A program made the translations under genes and the position numbers. Shown here piece by piece: positions 18,178 to 27,271 of a stretch of 64,000 bases of DNA; the first letter of the stretch is position 1, and every line of letters starts with the position of its first letter. The notes under the pieces were generated by a model. It made no database searches. It was not told the origin of the DNA and worked only from the letters and a program-made list of their open reading frames with translations. This DNA comes from a phage, in the NCBI GenBank assembly GCA_032430995.1, contig GCA_032430995.1_3952.1. One strand, given 5' to 3'.

Positions 18178-18759
18178 TCAAGAGTATTTTTTAGGCAGTA
18201 ATGCACTGCGCTTATTGCTCTCTTCACTCAATAGTGCGATAAATTCATCACCTTTACCCTTCCACGGGCTGAATGTCGGAATGTGCTCTCTGATAGCATC
18301 AATCACTGTTTTAAGGGCGTTGTTCTTTAACCACCAATCAGATACCGCTGAAGCTACAATGTAGTAAGCACCGTCATCTGTGAAGATTGGCTCAGAGATA
18401 CATGGCGAAATCATAGTGGTAATGATAGAACCATTATTCATGTAATATGTTCTTTTTTCAACCTTATCAAGAAGCTTATGAAGGTCTGCAAAGAGACTCA
18501 CCACCTCTTTATGGTCAATATCTTTTTCAAGATTTGCTCTATATTTCAATAGTGCAGCATCGACCTCTTTGTCATTGAATTTGAAGTATTGAACTTCTTC
18601 ATTCACACATACACTGATGTTGTTGGTGTTTATCGTCAATTTGCACAGTTTGACTGGAGAGTTAATGTTGGTCTGAAAAAGTGCTACACAGCCTTCTACA
18701 TTCCCGAAATGTTTGACTAATGTAACTTCTGGTTGAATGTGCTCATGTTCTTCTGACAT
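18178..18759 (-). CDS. hypothetical protein
   Basis: 193-aa ORF. Confidence 0.5.
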   Translation of the reverse strand: MSEEHEHIQPEVTLVKHFGNVEGCVALFQTNINSPVKLCKLTINTNNISVCVNEEVQYFKFNDKEVDAALLKYRANLEKDIDHKEVVSLFADLHKLLDKVEKRTYYMNNGSIITTMISPCISEPIFTDDGAYYIVASAVSDWWLKNNALKTVIDAIREHIPTFSPWKGKGDEFIALLSEESNKRSALLPKKYS

Positions 18760-19103
18760 TATAGTTTCCTCATTAAATACTTTTTAAGTTGTGTGTTAGG
18801 TTTCTCAAAAACTTCTATAGAAGATATCTTGACAGACTCACCACGCATACCTGTATGTTTAAATATGTAATACTCTAACATCCCTATGTACTTTGCTGGT
18901 AAGTCATGTTTGACATACACTGTTACAGAATCTTCAAATTCAACAACCTTTGTACCATCCTTGTAGTTAAACTCTCTAGGGTGGTTGTAGTTATCAATGT
19001 CATACATTAAAAAGAGTCTTTTACGTTGTAAATCAAGCTTATTTGTTAAAGACTCTTTGATATCTGAGAAGTTTTTGTACACTGTGACATGGAGCTTACT
19101 CAT
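18759..19103 (-). CDS. hypothetical protein
   Basis: 114-aa ORF. Confidence 0.5.
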   Translation of the reverse strand: MSKLHVTVYKNFSDIKESLTNKLDLQRKRLFLMYDIDNYNHPREFNYKDGTKVVEFEDSVTVYVKHDLPAKYIGMLEYYIFKHTGMRGESVKISSIEVFEKPNTQLKKYLMRKL

Positions 19104-19389
19104 CGTTAAACTCTCTGACGAAGAAATAGTTGACTTTGTTATTACCTACCATAAGGTCAAAGCAGGTATTTTCAAAAGGTTTGTTGTAGGCATCGTATGA
19201 AGTGTACGTATCAGCTACTTGTTTAGTATTGAGCTTTTTACTTGATGGGTTTAAGAGGCCACCATACAGTTTCTTGATAGCCTCTTCTACAACAGACCAG
19301 ATGATTTCGTCAGTAATTTCTTCGTACAGGTCAAGTTCACGCTCTAGTGAGAAGTCACAAATAGGGAAGATAACCTGTACTTTGCTCAT
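19096..19389 (-). CDS. hypothetical protein
   Basis: 97-aa ORF. Confidence 0.45.
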   Translation of the reverse strand: MSKVQVIFPICDFSLERELDLYEEITDEIIWSVVEEAIKKLYGGLLNPSSKKLNTKQVADTYTSYDAYNKPFENTCFDLMVGNNKVNYFFVREFNDE

Positions 19390-19784
19390 TAACGAATAAC
19401 CTGTGAAACTTGAATTGCTTCAGTTACAGACAAATCACCAACTTTCTCTTCTTTGATGAAAGTAAAGGTGAGTTCAACAGGTTCTTGCTCTTCTTGCTCA
19501 ACTGGAATACCGTTAAGCTCATCAAAGATTGATTGGGTAGTCCAGTCTTCTCCACCATCTGGATAGTGGATGGCATAAAGAGGAAACTCTAAATTATACC
19601 AAGCAAAAACAGGACAACCGTCTGCATCATCTCGGCATCTGTGGAGGTACGTATTTGTACCTTCAAAATGCAAATGAAGATTGCCATTCTTCTCAAAGAG
19701 AAGAGCATCTCGCAGGTCTAGTTCCTCATTTTCGCTGTAACGACTGACATCAACTTTAACGTGGATATGACTGTTATTATTCAT
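19389..19784 (-). CDS. hypothetical protein
   Basis: 131-aa ORF. Confidence 0.5.
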   Translation of the reverse strand: MNNNSHIHVKVDVSRYSENEELDLRDALLFEKNGNLHLHFEGTNTYLHRCRDDADGCPVFAWYNLEFPLYAIHYPDGGEDWTTQSIFDELNGIPVEQEEQEPVELTFTFIKEEKVGDLSVTEAIQVSQVIR

Positions 19785-20175
19785 AAAAACCTCTCTCTGC
19801 TTGTTCGATTTTTACTCTTAAAGTTTCGCAATACTGTAAATGGTAGTTAGCTTCTTGTTCATGTGTTGCTAACTGCCTTTCAAGAACAGTTTTATAGTAA
19901 CCTGCAAGTTGCTCTTTTGTCAATGGGTGCTCTGAAATAATATCAAGTCCACTTTCACCAAGAGGATTGAATTGTCCATGCTCATTGACATTGTAAGTCT
20001 CAAACTTGAACATACCATTGTTCACAGACTCAATAGGTGACAGTTCAACAAGCTCTACAGTAAACCGTGTATACACCTTGTCGCCTCTTGAAACTACATT
20101 GTTTCCAATGATGCGTACAAGCGAACCATTACGAGTGTATTTAAAAGTCCCAAAATCACTAGCCCAAAGCTTCAT
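19777..20175 (-). CDS. hypothetical protein
   Basis: 132-aa ORF. Confidence 0.5.
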   Translation of the reverse strand: MKLWASDFGTFKYTRNGSLVRIIGNNVVSRGDKVYTRFTVELVELSPIESVNNGMFKFETYNVNEHGQFNPLGESGLDIISEHPLTKEQLAGYYKTVLERQLATHEQEANYHLQYCETLRVKIEQAERGFYE

Positions 20176-20190
20176 AGTTTTCTCCTTAGA

Positions 20191-20216
20191 AAATAAAAAA
20201 GGCTCCCGAAGGAGCC
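20191..20216 (-). terminator. minus-strand rho-independent terminator after lysozyme gene
   Basis: A-run then GGCTCC-CGAA-GGAGCC hairpin on plus strand. Confidence 0.6.
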
Positions 20217-20226
20217 TATGAAGATA

Positions 20227-20691
20227 TTACTTTGGATATACACTGTCAAGATAAATGTCAGCTTCCATTCTACGTCTATTTTTCAAGCCGTTTGAAGTTA
20301 CCTTCTTACCTTTGACTGTAATCTTGTTCCACCACTGCATAGCTTCTGCACAACCTACCTTATTACCAGCATTGTGGCGCTTGATAAATGTAGAGTCCTG
20401 CATAGCTGTGATACCGATGTTATATGTTTCACTTACAAGTGCATCGAACTCATTCTGAGAAGTTGGAGCCTTGATAGCTTTGTTCACTGCTGCAACAAAC
20501 TTTTCAACATCTGCGAGAAGATACTGTTCAGCTTGTTCAGCCGTGATTTTCATACCCATCTTAACAGGTTTCCCGTCAATACGGATTGTACCATACCCGA
20601 TTGTTGGGATTCCGGCAGAGTCTTCGTAAGCCTCTAACTCCAGACCTTCGAAGAACTTAATAGCGTCTAAACCTTTTCTTGAGAGTTGCAT
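20227..20691 (-). CDS. phage lysozyme (T4 e-type muramidase)
   Basis: N-terminus AIKFFEGLELEAYEDSAGIPTIGYGT matches the Glu/Asp/Thr catalytic region of T4-type lysozymes. Confidence 0.75.
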   Translation of the reverse strand: MQLSRKGLDAIKFFEGLELEAYEDSAGIPTIGYGTIRIDGKPVKMGMKITAEQAEQYLLADVEKFVAAVNKAIKAPTSQNEFDALVSETYNIGITAMQDSTFIKRHNAGNKVGCAEAMQWWNKITVKGKKVTSNGLKNRRRMEADIYLDSVYPK

Positions 20692-21824
20692 TACGCCTCC
20701 CCTGCTGGGTTAACTGTAACTGTTGCTGCATTGGATGTTACAGAGCCACCTGCACCAGTAACTACACAGGTGTAGCTTCCTGCATCAGCAGCGGTTGCAC
20801 CCTCTTTGGTGTAAGTTGCAGTAGTTGCATCGAGGATGTCTTCCTCACCTTTCTTCCATTGGTAACCTGTCGCACCTGTTGCCACAACATTCAGCGTTAA
20901 GGTCTCACCTTCAGTGATTTCTTGATTGGTTGGCTGTTGAGTGATAACTGGTAAAGCTTTCACAGTAACGGTTGCAGGGTTAGAAGTGACAGAACCACCT
21001 GCACCTGTTACAACGCAAGTGTATGAACCTGCATCTGCTGGCAGAGCACCAGACTTACTATAGGTTGCATCTGTAGCCGAAGGAATGTCAGAGCCATCTT
21101 TCTTCCACTGATAACCTGTTGCACCTGTTGCAGTCACTTCCAAGTTGATGTTTCCACCCTCATTGACGGTCTGGCTAGAAGGTTGTTGTGTAATCACAGG
21201 CAGTGCGTTGACAGTAACTGTTGCCGCATCTGAGGTAACGCTTGTCCCAGCCTCTCCAGATACAACACAAGTGTATGAACCAGCATCAGAAGGTTCTACA
21301 GACTGTTTTGTGTAGGTTGCAGATGTGGCGCTAGTGATATCCTCACCATCCTTTTTCCATTGATATCCAGTGGCATTAGTTGCAATAACACTTAGGGTAA
21401 GTGTACCACCTTCATTTACTGTTTGATTGGTTGGTTGCTGAGTGATTGATGGTGGCTTGATAGCGTCCTTCAACTTAGCATTCAACATTGAGAATGGTTT
21501 AACTCTTGCCAGCCATTCACAATAAACTGTATCAACGTCTTTACCATTGATAATTGCATATTGTAAGTCCATGAAGAAGTCAGAAGTTCTCATTTGAGCA
21601 CCAACACTGTAAAGCAACTCATCACTAAATGGAACTTTGTAGTCTGGTTTATAGTCAAACTTCTCAACTTCTGCAATATCAGCTTCAGGCCAATACGAGC
21701 TATAGGTAAGTGGTAAAATAGCCTCTTGATATGTTCTAAAATCATATCTCTTACCAGCCTTTACGTTTGCAATGAAGCCCTTCACAAACTCTTTGAAGTC
21801 TGGGTAAGTCTTTGCTTTAATCAT
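20691..21824 (-). CDS. protein with three tandem Ig-like repeats
   Basis: three repeats of about 90 aa (ITQQP..QTVNEGG..YQWKKDG..AGSYTCVV..TV); N-terminal 130 aa paralogous to the next ORF. Confidence 0.55.
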   Translation of the reverse strand: MIKAKTYPDFKEFVKGFIANVKAGKRYDFRTYQEAILPLTYSSYWPEADIAEVEKFDYKPDYKVPFSDELLYSVGAQMRTSDFFMDLQYAIINGKDVDTVYCEWLARVKPFSMLNAKLKDAIKPPSITQQPTNQTVNEGGTLTLSVIATNATGYQWKKDGEDITSATSATYTKQSVEPSDAGSYTCVVSGEAGTSVTSDAATVTVNALPVITQQPSSQTVNEGGNINLEVTATGATGYQWKKDGSDIPSATDATYSKSGALPADAGSYTCVVTGAGGSVTSNPATVTVKALPVITQQPTNQEITEGETLTLNVVATGATGYQWKKGEEDILDATTATYTKEGATAADAGSYTCVVTGAGGSVTSNAATVTVNPAGEA

Positions 21825-22192
21825 TTCTTTTCAGCCTCTAAATGTGCGTTTAGTCTAAAATAACCTTTGTGATTCGGAGATACATCACCAACGACAATAC
21901 CTTTAACCTTATATCCTTTACCAATTACATACTGGATATCCATAAGGAATCTTCCAAGACCAACAATATGGAACATTGGGTATAATAGACTCTCAGAGTC
22001 TGGAATATTGATTTCAGGTTTGTAGGTACGCTGTTCGCTTGTTGGTGTAATATCTTCTTCAGGCCATTTACTGAGTCTCCATGTCAAAGGTGTTGGGATA
22101 ACATCATTAAGGTTGTACCTTTCACCATTTTGCACGGAATTGATATAGGATTGTAGGAAGCAATAAAAGTCTTTTGCACTCTTAGCTTTCAT
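21821..22192 (-). CDS. hypothetical protein, paralog of N-domain of the Ig-repeat protein
   Basis: shared motifs (FLMDIQYVIGKG vs FFMDLQYAIINGKD). Confidence 0.5.
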   Translation of the reverse strand: MKAKSAKDFYCFLQSYINSVQNGERYNLNDVIPTPLTWRLSKWPEEDITPTSEQRTYKPEINIPDSESLLYPMFHIVGLGRFLMDIQYVIGKGYKVKGIVVGDVSPNHKGYFRLNAHLEAEKK

Positions 22193-22239
22193 TAAATATC
22201 CTTATAAATAGTTAAAGGGGCATAAGCCCCTATTCACAC

Positions 22240-22830
22240 TTAAGCTTTGGTCTTAAGTAGGTTCTTAAGTTTTTTAAGATTCATACTCTCATCAAACTTA
22301 AAACCAAATCCATTGACATAATCAATGAACTCGGATTTCTTACTGAGTGACAATGCGTAACTCATATCAAAGTTCTTACTTGTTTCTGCATCTGGACTAG
22401 AGTTCACATCAAATGAAATTTCCGTAGGCTCTTGCTTACTTTTTCTCATATTATCAACCAACAAACATGTATAGTTTGCTGGATAGAAATTTACACTACC
22501 ATCAACGTAGCTGTACTTATTATTATGGACAAGGTTGGAAAATACCTTAAGGAATGTTTCTGAGTCGTGGCAAACAAGTTTGAATTGGCTGCTCTCTCCA
22601 AGCGCAACTAATGAATACGGACTTTCACTATCGAAGTGATAATTTGGATTCGATGCCGTTACTGTTACACGCATCAAGTTATTAGCAATAGTCTTCTGTT
22701 TAAAAGAATTTTGAACATAGTGAAGACCTCTATCACACTGATTGACTAGCTCTTTAAGTAGGTCATTTGCATATGGTGAATTAATTGATACAGAGCCATC
22801 ACTATTGTAATTAAAACTTACTGTTAACAT
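22240..22830 (-). CDS. hypothetical protein
   Basis: 196-aa ORF. Confidence 0.5.
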   Translation of the reverse strand: MLTVSFNYNSDGSVSINSPYANDLLKELVNQCDRGLHYVQNSFKQKTIANNLMRVTVTASNPNYHFDSESPYSLVALGESSQFKLVCHDSETFLKVFSNLVHNNKYSYVDGSVNFYPANYTCLLVDNMRKSKQEPTEISFDVNSSPDAETSKNFDMSYALSLSKKSEFIDYVNGFGFKFDESMNLKKLKNLLKTKA

Positions 22831-23057
22831 TTTTCAGTTCTCCTGCGATTTATAATTTTGCTGCAATAGAGAAACGAAGTAAACTCACTGGAAGAAACCA
22901 TTAAGTGTTGTTCACTAGATTGAGCTATTGCCCTGAAATACATTCCAGTCAAAGCATCATAGTGACTATTCTTTCCAATTGAGGTTATATAGCCATGACT
23001 CTTTGCAGTTTGATATAAATCTATAATATCTGCGATTTCTAATTGGGAACTACACAT
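22824..23057 (-). CDS. hypothetical small protein
   Basis: 77-aa ORF. Confidence 0.4.
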   Translation of the reverse strand: MCSSQLEIADIIDLYQTAKSHGYITSIGKNSHYDALTGMYFRAIAQSSEQHLMVSSSEFTSFLYCSKIINRRRTEKC

Positions 23058-23221
23058 AGATAATCCTCTTGTCTTCTGTAATTTTGAAAGAACAGGTACA
23101 GACCAATTTCAGAGGATGAATAGTAGATTAACTCTACCCTTTTTGATTCCTTACAGTGATTGGTATTCTTACCTTTCTTCGGTTTATTTGATTTTCTCAT
23201 TAAGTCTCCTTTGTAGAACAA
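23039..23221 (-). CDS. hypothetical small basic protein
   Basis: 60-aa ORF, first gene of minus-strand block. Confidence 0.3.
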   Translation of the reverse strand: MFYKGDLMRKSNKPKKGKNTNHCKESKRVELIYYSSSEIGLYLFFQNYRRQEDYLCVVPN

Positions 23222-23448
23222 GGCAGACCTACAGCTTTAACTAAGATGGTACAGTAATCCATACAACAAGTCAAGAACTATTGCAAGTTAAAAAAGTTGT
23301 TGACAAAGTACTTGACAAGGTGTAGGCTTATAAATACTTAGAAGATAACTTAAAAGGTTCCTCTAAAAGGCTATTTAAACAGATATCTTTCTGGATATCT
23401 ATCTTTTATCTTAAAAGCCTTTTAAGAGGTCTTATAAGAGGCATACCA

Positions 23449-23820
23449 ATGAAAAACAGAACAAACAAAGGCCAGTTTAAAAAAGGCCAGTCTGGAAACC
23501 CATCTGGAAGACCAAAAGGCTCTCGTAACAAAAGCTCACTTGTAAAAGCTCAACTGACCATTGATAATTCTGCTGAGTTTGCTGCAAAGTTGTTTGAAGC
23601 AATTGTTACAAGGGATGCTGCTAAGCTTGCAGAGTTCGGGTTAAACACAGACGACGTAACCATCAAGAGCATGATTGAGGTCGGTAAAACTATCATGACT
23701 CACTCAGCAGGTGAGATGAAAGCCATTGCAGCAGACACTAAGAAGACTCCTGATAACGGTGGTCAGTCTCAGACAGATAACAAACCAACGTTCTCTGCTG
23801 TAGCGACTCTTAAAAAATAA
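23449..23820 (+). CDS. hypothetical protein with N-terminal basic GNPSGRPKG motif
   Basis: 123-aa ORF. Confidence 0.5.
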   Translation: MKNRTNKGQFKKGQSGNPSGRPKGSRNKSSLVKAQLTIDNSAEFAAKLFEAIVTRDAAKLAEFGLNTDDVTIKSMIEVGKTIMTHSAGEMKAIAADTKKTPDNGGQSQTDNKPTFSAVATLKK

Positions 23821-23901
23821 TTTTAAAAGATGTTGACAGACTCTACAAAGTTGCTCTAAAGTCTGTCACATCAAACAACAAATGAGAGAAGAGAGTAAAA
23901 T

Positions 23902-25317
23902 ATGAGCGAATTATTTAAACATGCGCACCTTCATGCAGGTCGAACTGAAAATGGTGCTGTAAACCATACTTCATCAATGTCTGCTCTTGTAGACTTTTAC
24001 AAAGCTGCTGGTTCAAGCCGTAGCAACGTAGAAATCTTACCAGACCTGTTCTACAAAGCTTTGCGTGAGGATGTTGATGTTGCAGTTCGTATTTTGCTTC
24101 ATATGCGAGATGTACGAGAAGGTATGGGTGAGCGTAAAGCCTTCAGAACTGTTTTGCTTCAAGCAATTGAAGATAAAGTTTTAGAGCCTACACAGGTTCT
24201 TCGCATTATGGATAAGATTGCAGAACTTGGTCGTTTTGATGACTTCAAAATCTTCGTGGGTACTTGTTTCGAGACAGATGCCTTCAAACATTTAGAAGCA
24301 GCATTACTAGACCCTGCAACAGCAGGTTTGGCGGCTAAGTGGTTACCACGAGTCAAACCACGTCATAAGCAGTTTGTAAAACGTTTCTGCAAGTTTGCCA
24401 ACTTGAGTGAGAAAGAGTACCGCACACTGTTGTCTGCACTATCTGATACAGTTGAGCAAAAAATCTCTGCTAATGAGTTTGGTAAGATTGACTACAGTAA
24501 GATTCCTTCACTTGCTGCTGCACGTTACCAAAAACTGTTTAACCGTAAAGATGGAGAGCGTTACAAAGCTTACATCGAGTCCTTATCAAAAGGTGAGACT
24601 AAGATTAGCGCTGGTGCTGTTTACCCATACGATGTGATTAAATCTGTCAAGCATGGTAATGCAGATGTTGCTAATGAGCAGTGGAAAGCACTACCAAACT
24701 GGATGGCAGAAGGTGAAAACATCTTGTGTATGTCTGATGTATCAAGTTCAATGTCTTGGGTGAATTTTGGCTCCATTACTGCTCTGGATATTGGTGTATC
24801 ACTTGCCTTGTATGTAGCAGAACGCAATACAGGTTGCTTTAAGAATGAGTTGATGGTTTATTCAACAAACCCTCACTTCATCGAACTGAGTGGTGATTTA
24901 CGAAACCGTCATCGTCAGGTGATGCGACACGTTGAATATGGCTCAACTAACTTACAAGCAGCTTTTGACCGCATTCTTGAGACAGGCAAAAGAAACAACT
25001 TGACTCAGAAAGATATGCCAAGTAAGCTTATCATCTTCTCCGATATGGAGTTTAATCAGGTTGATGGGGCTAACGGTCGTACAAACTTTGAAGCAATTCA
25101 GAGTAAGTACAAAAAAGCTGGATATGAGATGCCACAACTGGTATTCTGGTACTTAGCAAACCGTAATGGTACTTGCGAAGTATCTGTTAAGGATAACGGT
25201 GTAGCAATGGTATCAGGGTTCTCTCCAGCCACTTTAAAAGCTCTGCTTGGTGGTGAGAAGTTTGACCCAATCAGTGTAATGCTCAAAGCAGTAATGATTG
25301 ACCGTTATATCTGGTAA
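23902..25317 (+). CDS. Ro60/Rsr-like protein (TROVE-like N-domain plus vWA domain with MIDAS motif)
   Basis: 471 aa; MIDAS-like DVSSSM; C-terminal blocks (GSI, IIFSDMEF, VSGFSPATLKAL) resemble the Ro60 vWA region as recalled from memory. Confidence 0.45.
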   Translation: MSELFKHAHLHAGRTENGAVNHTSSMSALVDFYKAAGSSRSNVEILPDLFYKALREDVDVAVRILLHMRDVREGMGERKAFRTVLLQAIEDKVLEPTQVLRIMDKIAELGRFDDFKIFVGTCFETDAFKHLEAALLDPATAGLAAKWLPRVKPRHKQFVKRFCKFANLSEKEYRTLLSALSDTVEQKISANEFGKIDYSKIPSLAAARYQKLFNRKDGERYKAYIESLSKGETKISAGAVYPYDVIKSVKHGNADVANEQWKALPNWMAEGENILCMSDVSSSMSWVNFGSITALDIGVSLALYVAERNTGCFKNELMVYSTNPHFIELSGDLRNRHRQVMRHVEYGSTNLQAAFDRILETGKRNNLTQKDMPSKLIIFSDMEFNQVDGANGRTNFEAIQSKYKKAGYEMPQLVFWYLANRNGTCEVSVKDNGVAMVSGFSPATLKALLGGEKFDPISVMLKAVMIDRYIW

Positions 25318-25335
25318 AAAGTTTTAAAAAGGGTA

Positions 25336-25364
25336 TTGACAATGTGTTTAATACCCTTTAATAT
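25336..25364 (+). promoter_or_regulatory. sigma70-like promoter upstream of tRNA array
   Basis: TTGACA-17-TAATAT. Confidence 0.5.
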
Positions 25365-25481
25365 GTTCTACATAGAAACGAAATGAGAGCTTTTCTAAGA
25401 TACTGAAAAATATTTTAAAAAGTTCTTGACAACCACTAAAAAATAATGTTAAAGTGGTTACATAGAGTTTGAAAAGTTTAT

Positions 25482-25558
25482 CTCTGTTTAGCTCAGCTTG
25501 GTAGAGCGTTCCGTTTGGGGCGGTAAGGCCGGAGGTTCAAGTCCTCCAACAGAGACCA
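25482..25558 (+). tRNA. tRNA-Pro (anticodon TGG)
   Basis: hand-folded cloverleaf; acceptor CTCTGTT/AACAGAG; T-loop TTCAAGT; CCA encoded. Confidence 0.7.
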
Positions 25559-25565
25559 AATTAAT

Positions 25566-25643
25566 GTTCCAGTGGACAAAATGGTAAAGTCACCACTCTT
25601 TCAAAGTGGATATTTGAGGGTTCAAATCCCTTCTGGAACGCCA
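25566..25643 (+). tRNA. tRNA-Glu (anticodon TTC)
   Basis: acceptor GTTCCAG/CTGGAAC; anticodon stem CCACT/AGTGG; CCA encoded. Confidence 0.7.
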
Positions 25644-25733
25644 GTTTTGACAGAAGACCAATTACAGCAAACTTAATCTACTCATCTGAAAGTTAATCGG
25701 ACAAAGAAGATATTTGGTCTGGTCATTAAGAAT

Positions 25734-25810
25734 TGCGGGTATAGAGAAAGGGCGTCTCACATGTCTCATTAGCATGGTATCGGCAGGTTCGACTCCTGCA
25801 CCCGCCTCCA
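25734..25810 (+). tRNA. tRNA with CAT anticodon (Met or Ile-lysidine), atypical
   Basis: T-arm GCAGG-TTCGACT-CCTGC; anticodon loop CTCATTA; 1:72 mismatch and 3-bp D-stem. Confidence 0.45.
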
Positions 25811-25893
25811 AATTTACAGAAGACCGTTTACAGCAATATTTATTAAATTTTTAGCGGAAAAATTGAAAGATACGGTCTGGTAATACTAAACAT

Positions 25894-25970
25894 GGTTAGG
25901 AAGCACATAAGGTATGTGCGGTCGCCTGTTAAGCGAATGGCACAGGGTTCGAATCCCTGACTAACCGCCA
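25894..25970 (+). tRNA. tRNA-Asn (anticodon GTT)
   Basis: T-arm CAGGG-TTCGAAT-CCCTG; anticodon loop CTGTTAA. Confidence 0.6.
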
Positions 25971-26039
25971 AATTTAGGAGAGAAGCGATTGCTCACCGAT
26001 TTGTAAGGTGCAAGTCCTTAGCCTGAATAGAAATCAAAT

Positions 26040-26127
26040 GTGTCGTTATCCCGTAGATGGTAGCGGTGGGGACTGTAAATCCCTTGTCATTGAGACTCGG
26101 TAGGTTCGACTCCTACACGGCACACCA
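26040..26127 (+). tRNA. tRNA-Tyr (anticodon GTA), class II
   Basis: long variable arm; anticodon loop CTGTAAA; T-arm GTAGG-TTCGACT-CCTAC. Confidence 0.65.
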
Positions 26128-26133
26128 AATAAA

Positions 26134-26211
26134 GGTTATGTAGTTTAATCTGGTTAAAATACTCCCCTGTCACGGGAGATGATGAGGGTTCAAATCCCTT
26201 CGTAACCGCCA
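26134..26211 (+). tRNA. tRNA-Asp (anticodon GTC)
   Basis: anticodon stem CTCCC/GGGAG, loop CTGTCAC. Confidence 0.7.
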
Positions 26212-26359
26212 ATTTTGAGAGGGCTATTTAGCCCCTCCCTTAAAGGGTTCTTACGAGTATTCTTTAAAGGAGCAGAAGACCAAATACAGCAAGTTATTTA
26301 AAATTTCAAGCCAATTTAATTTTGAAAAATTTAAAACTTGGTCTGGCTCAACAAATTTA

Positions 26360-26491
26360 CAGAAGACCGTTTACAGCAAAACTTAAACAATCTATTTCTC
26401 CGGTAAAGAAAAGGCGAAGGTTCGATTCCTTCACTCGGCAGATGTCGAGTTGGTGTAATGGTAGCACTTAAGATGATAAACAACGGTCTGG
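26360..26491 (+). ncRNA. candidate structured RNA with orphan tRNA-like T-arm (Y-RNA/YrlA-like hypothesis)
   Basis: flanked by AGACCGT / ACGGTCT arms; contains GAAGG-TTCGATT-CCTTC T-arm (26416-26432) without a full cloverleaf. Confidence 0.3.
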
Positions 26492-26640
26492 TAATTATCT
26501 TTGTAGATAAGTTATTAAGCTTACCTGTGAGTATGCGACCACAAAGGGTGAAAGGGTAAATTCTAGATTTAAACCCAAAAAGGCACATCGCTACAGACCT
26601 TAAGCAAGTCTGGGTAGCTTATCTACAAAGATAATTTAAT

Positions 26641-26716
26641 GGAAGTGTAGCAGAATGGTGATGCGGCAGACTTTTAATCTGACAGGCGATGGGTTCGAAT
26701 CCCTCCACTTCTACCA
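26641..26716 (+). tRNA. tRNA-Lys (anticodon TTT)
   Basis: acceptor GGAAGTG/CACTTCT; anticodon loop CTTTTAA; weak T-stem. Confidence 0.55.
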
Positions 26717-26794
26717 AATTCACCCTTAACTGAGAAACACCTGCGCGGCTGGAAACACCCACTCAACAGTTTCTCTAACTAGGGTACTTATTCT

Positions 26795-26871
26795 GGTTCA
26801 GTCGCAGATAAGGTAATGCAAGGGTCTCATAAGCCCTATGAATGTGGGTTCGATTCCCATCTGAACCTCCA
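26795..26871 (+). tRNA. tRNA-Met (anticodon CAT)
   Basis: acceptor GGTTCAG/CTGAACC; anticodon stem AGGGT/GCCCT, loop CTCATAA. Confidence 0.65.
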
Positions 26872-26872
26872 A

Positions 26873-26948
26873 GCTGGTATAGTTAAGAAGGTTATAACAC
26901 TCCCCTGATAAGGGAACATCGGTGGTTCGATTCCACCTACCAGTACCA
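26873..26948 (+). tRNA. tRNA-Ile (anticodon GAT)
   Basis: T-arm GGTGG-TTCGATT-CCACC; anticodon loop CTGATAA. Confidence 0.65.
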
Positions 26949-26963
26949 ATTTCAATAAAGTTG

Positions 26964-26992
26964 TTGACATTGAGATGTGACTACTTTATAGT
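26964..26992 (+). promoter_or_regulatory. internal sigma70-like promoter within tRNA array
   Basis: TTGACA-17-TATAGT. Confidence 0.55.
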
Positions 26993-27194
26993 AACCTTAG
27001 TTTTCGTTGCGTAGCGTCTATTTTGCAAATTTAAAATAAATGCAAACGACAATGTTTTTCTGGCAGTAGCTTGATAGGCTAAACACCAGTGAGGTCTTCC
27101 AATCCCTCATCAAAGAATTTGGCGTACTCGCCCACGGTATGATTAATAAGGTGGGCATCTTTAAGGGCTTTCTAAGAGAGTCTTTAAAGATAAT

Positions 27195-27271
27195 GCACCC
27201 TTAGTTCAATTGGATAGAGCAACGGTCTTCTAAATCGTTAGTTACAGGTTCGAATCCTGTAGGGTGTACCA
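27195..27271 (+). tRNA. tRNA-Arg (anticodon TCT)
   Basis: D-arm GTTCAATTGGATAGAGC; anticodon loop CTTCTAA; T-arm ACAGG-TTCGAAT-CCTGT. Confidence 0.7.

Noticed and set aside
15778-20900. Plus-strand ORFs within the minus-strand block (15778..16086, 16803..17225, 17637..17822, 18997..19200, 19202..19399, 20006..20221, 20255..20458, 20374..20637, 20679..20900)
   Set aside because: All are antisense to a continuous, tightly packed minus-strand gene series; Cys/Ser/Leu-rich shadow translations.
25734-25810. Initiator tRNA-fMet identity for the first CAT-anticodon tRNA because of its 1:72 mismatch
   Set aside because: Anticodon stem lacks the three consecutive G:C pairs typical of initiators and the mismatch is T:C not C:A; left as Met or Ile-lysidine, unresolved.
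26331-26588. ORFs overlapping tRNA genes and spacers (26331..26588, 27571..27765, 28548..28823, 29844..30104, 30411..30686, 30654..30881)
   Set aside because: They overlap hand-folded tRNA genes or structured spacers and have biased, low-complexity translations.
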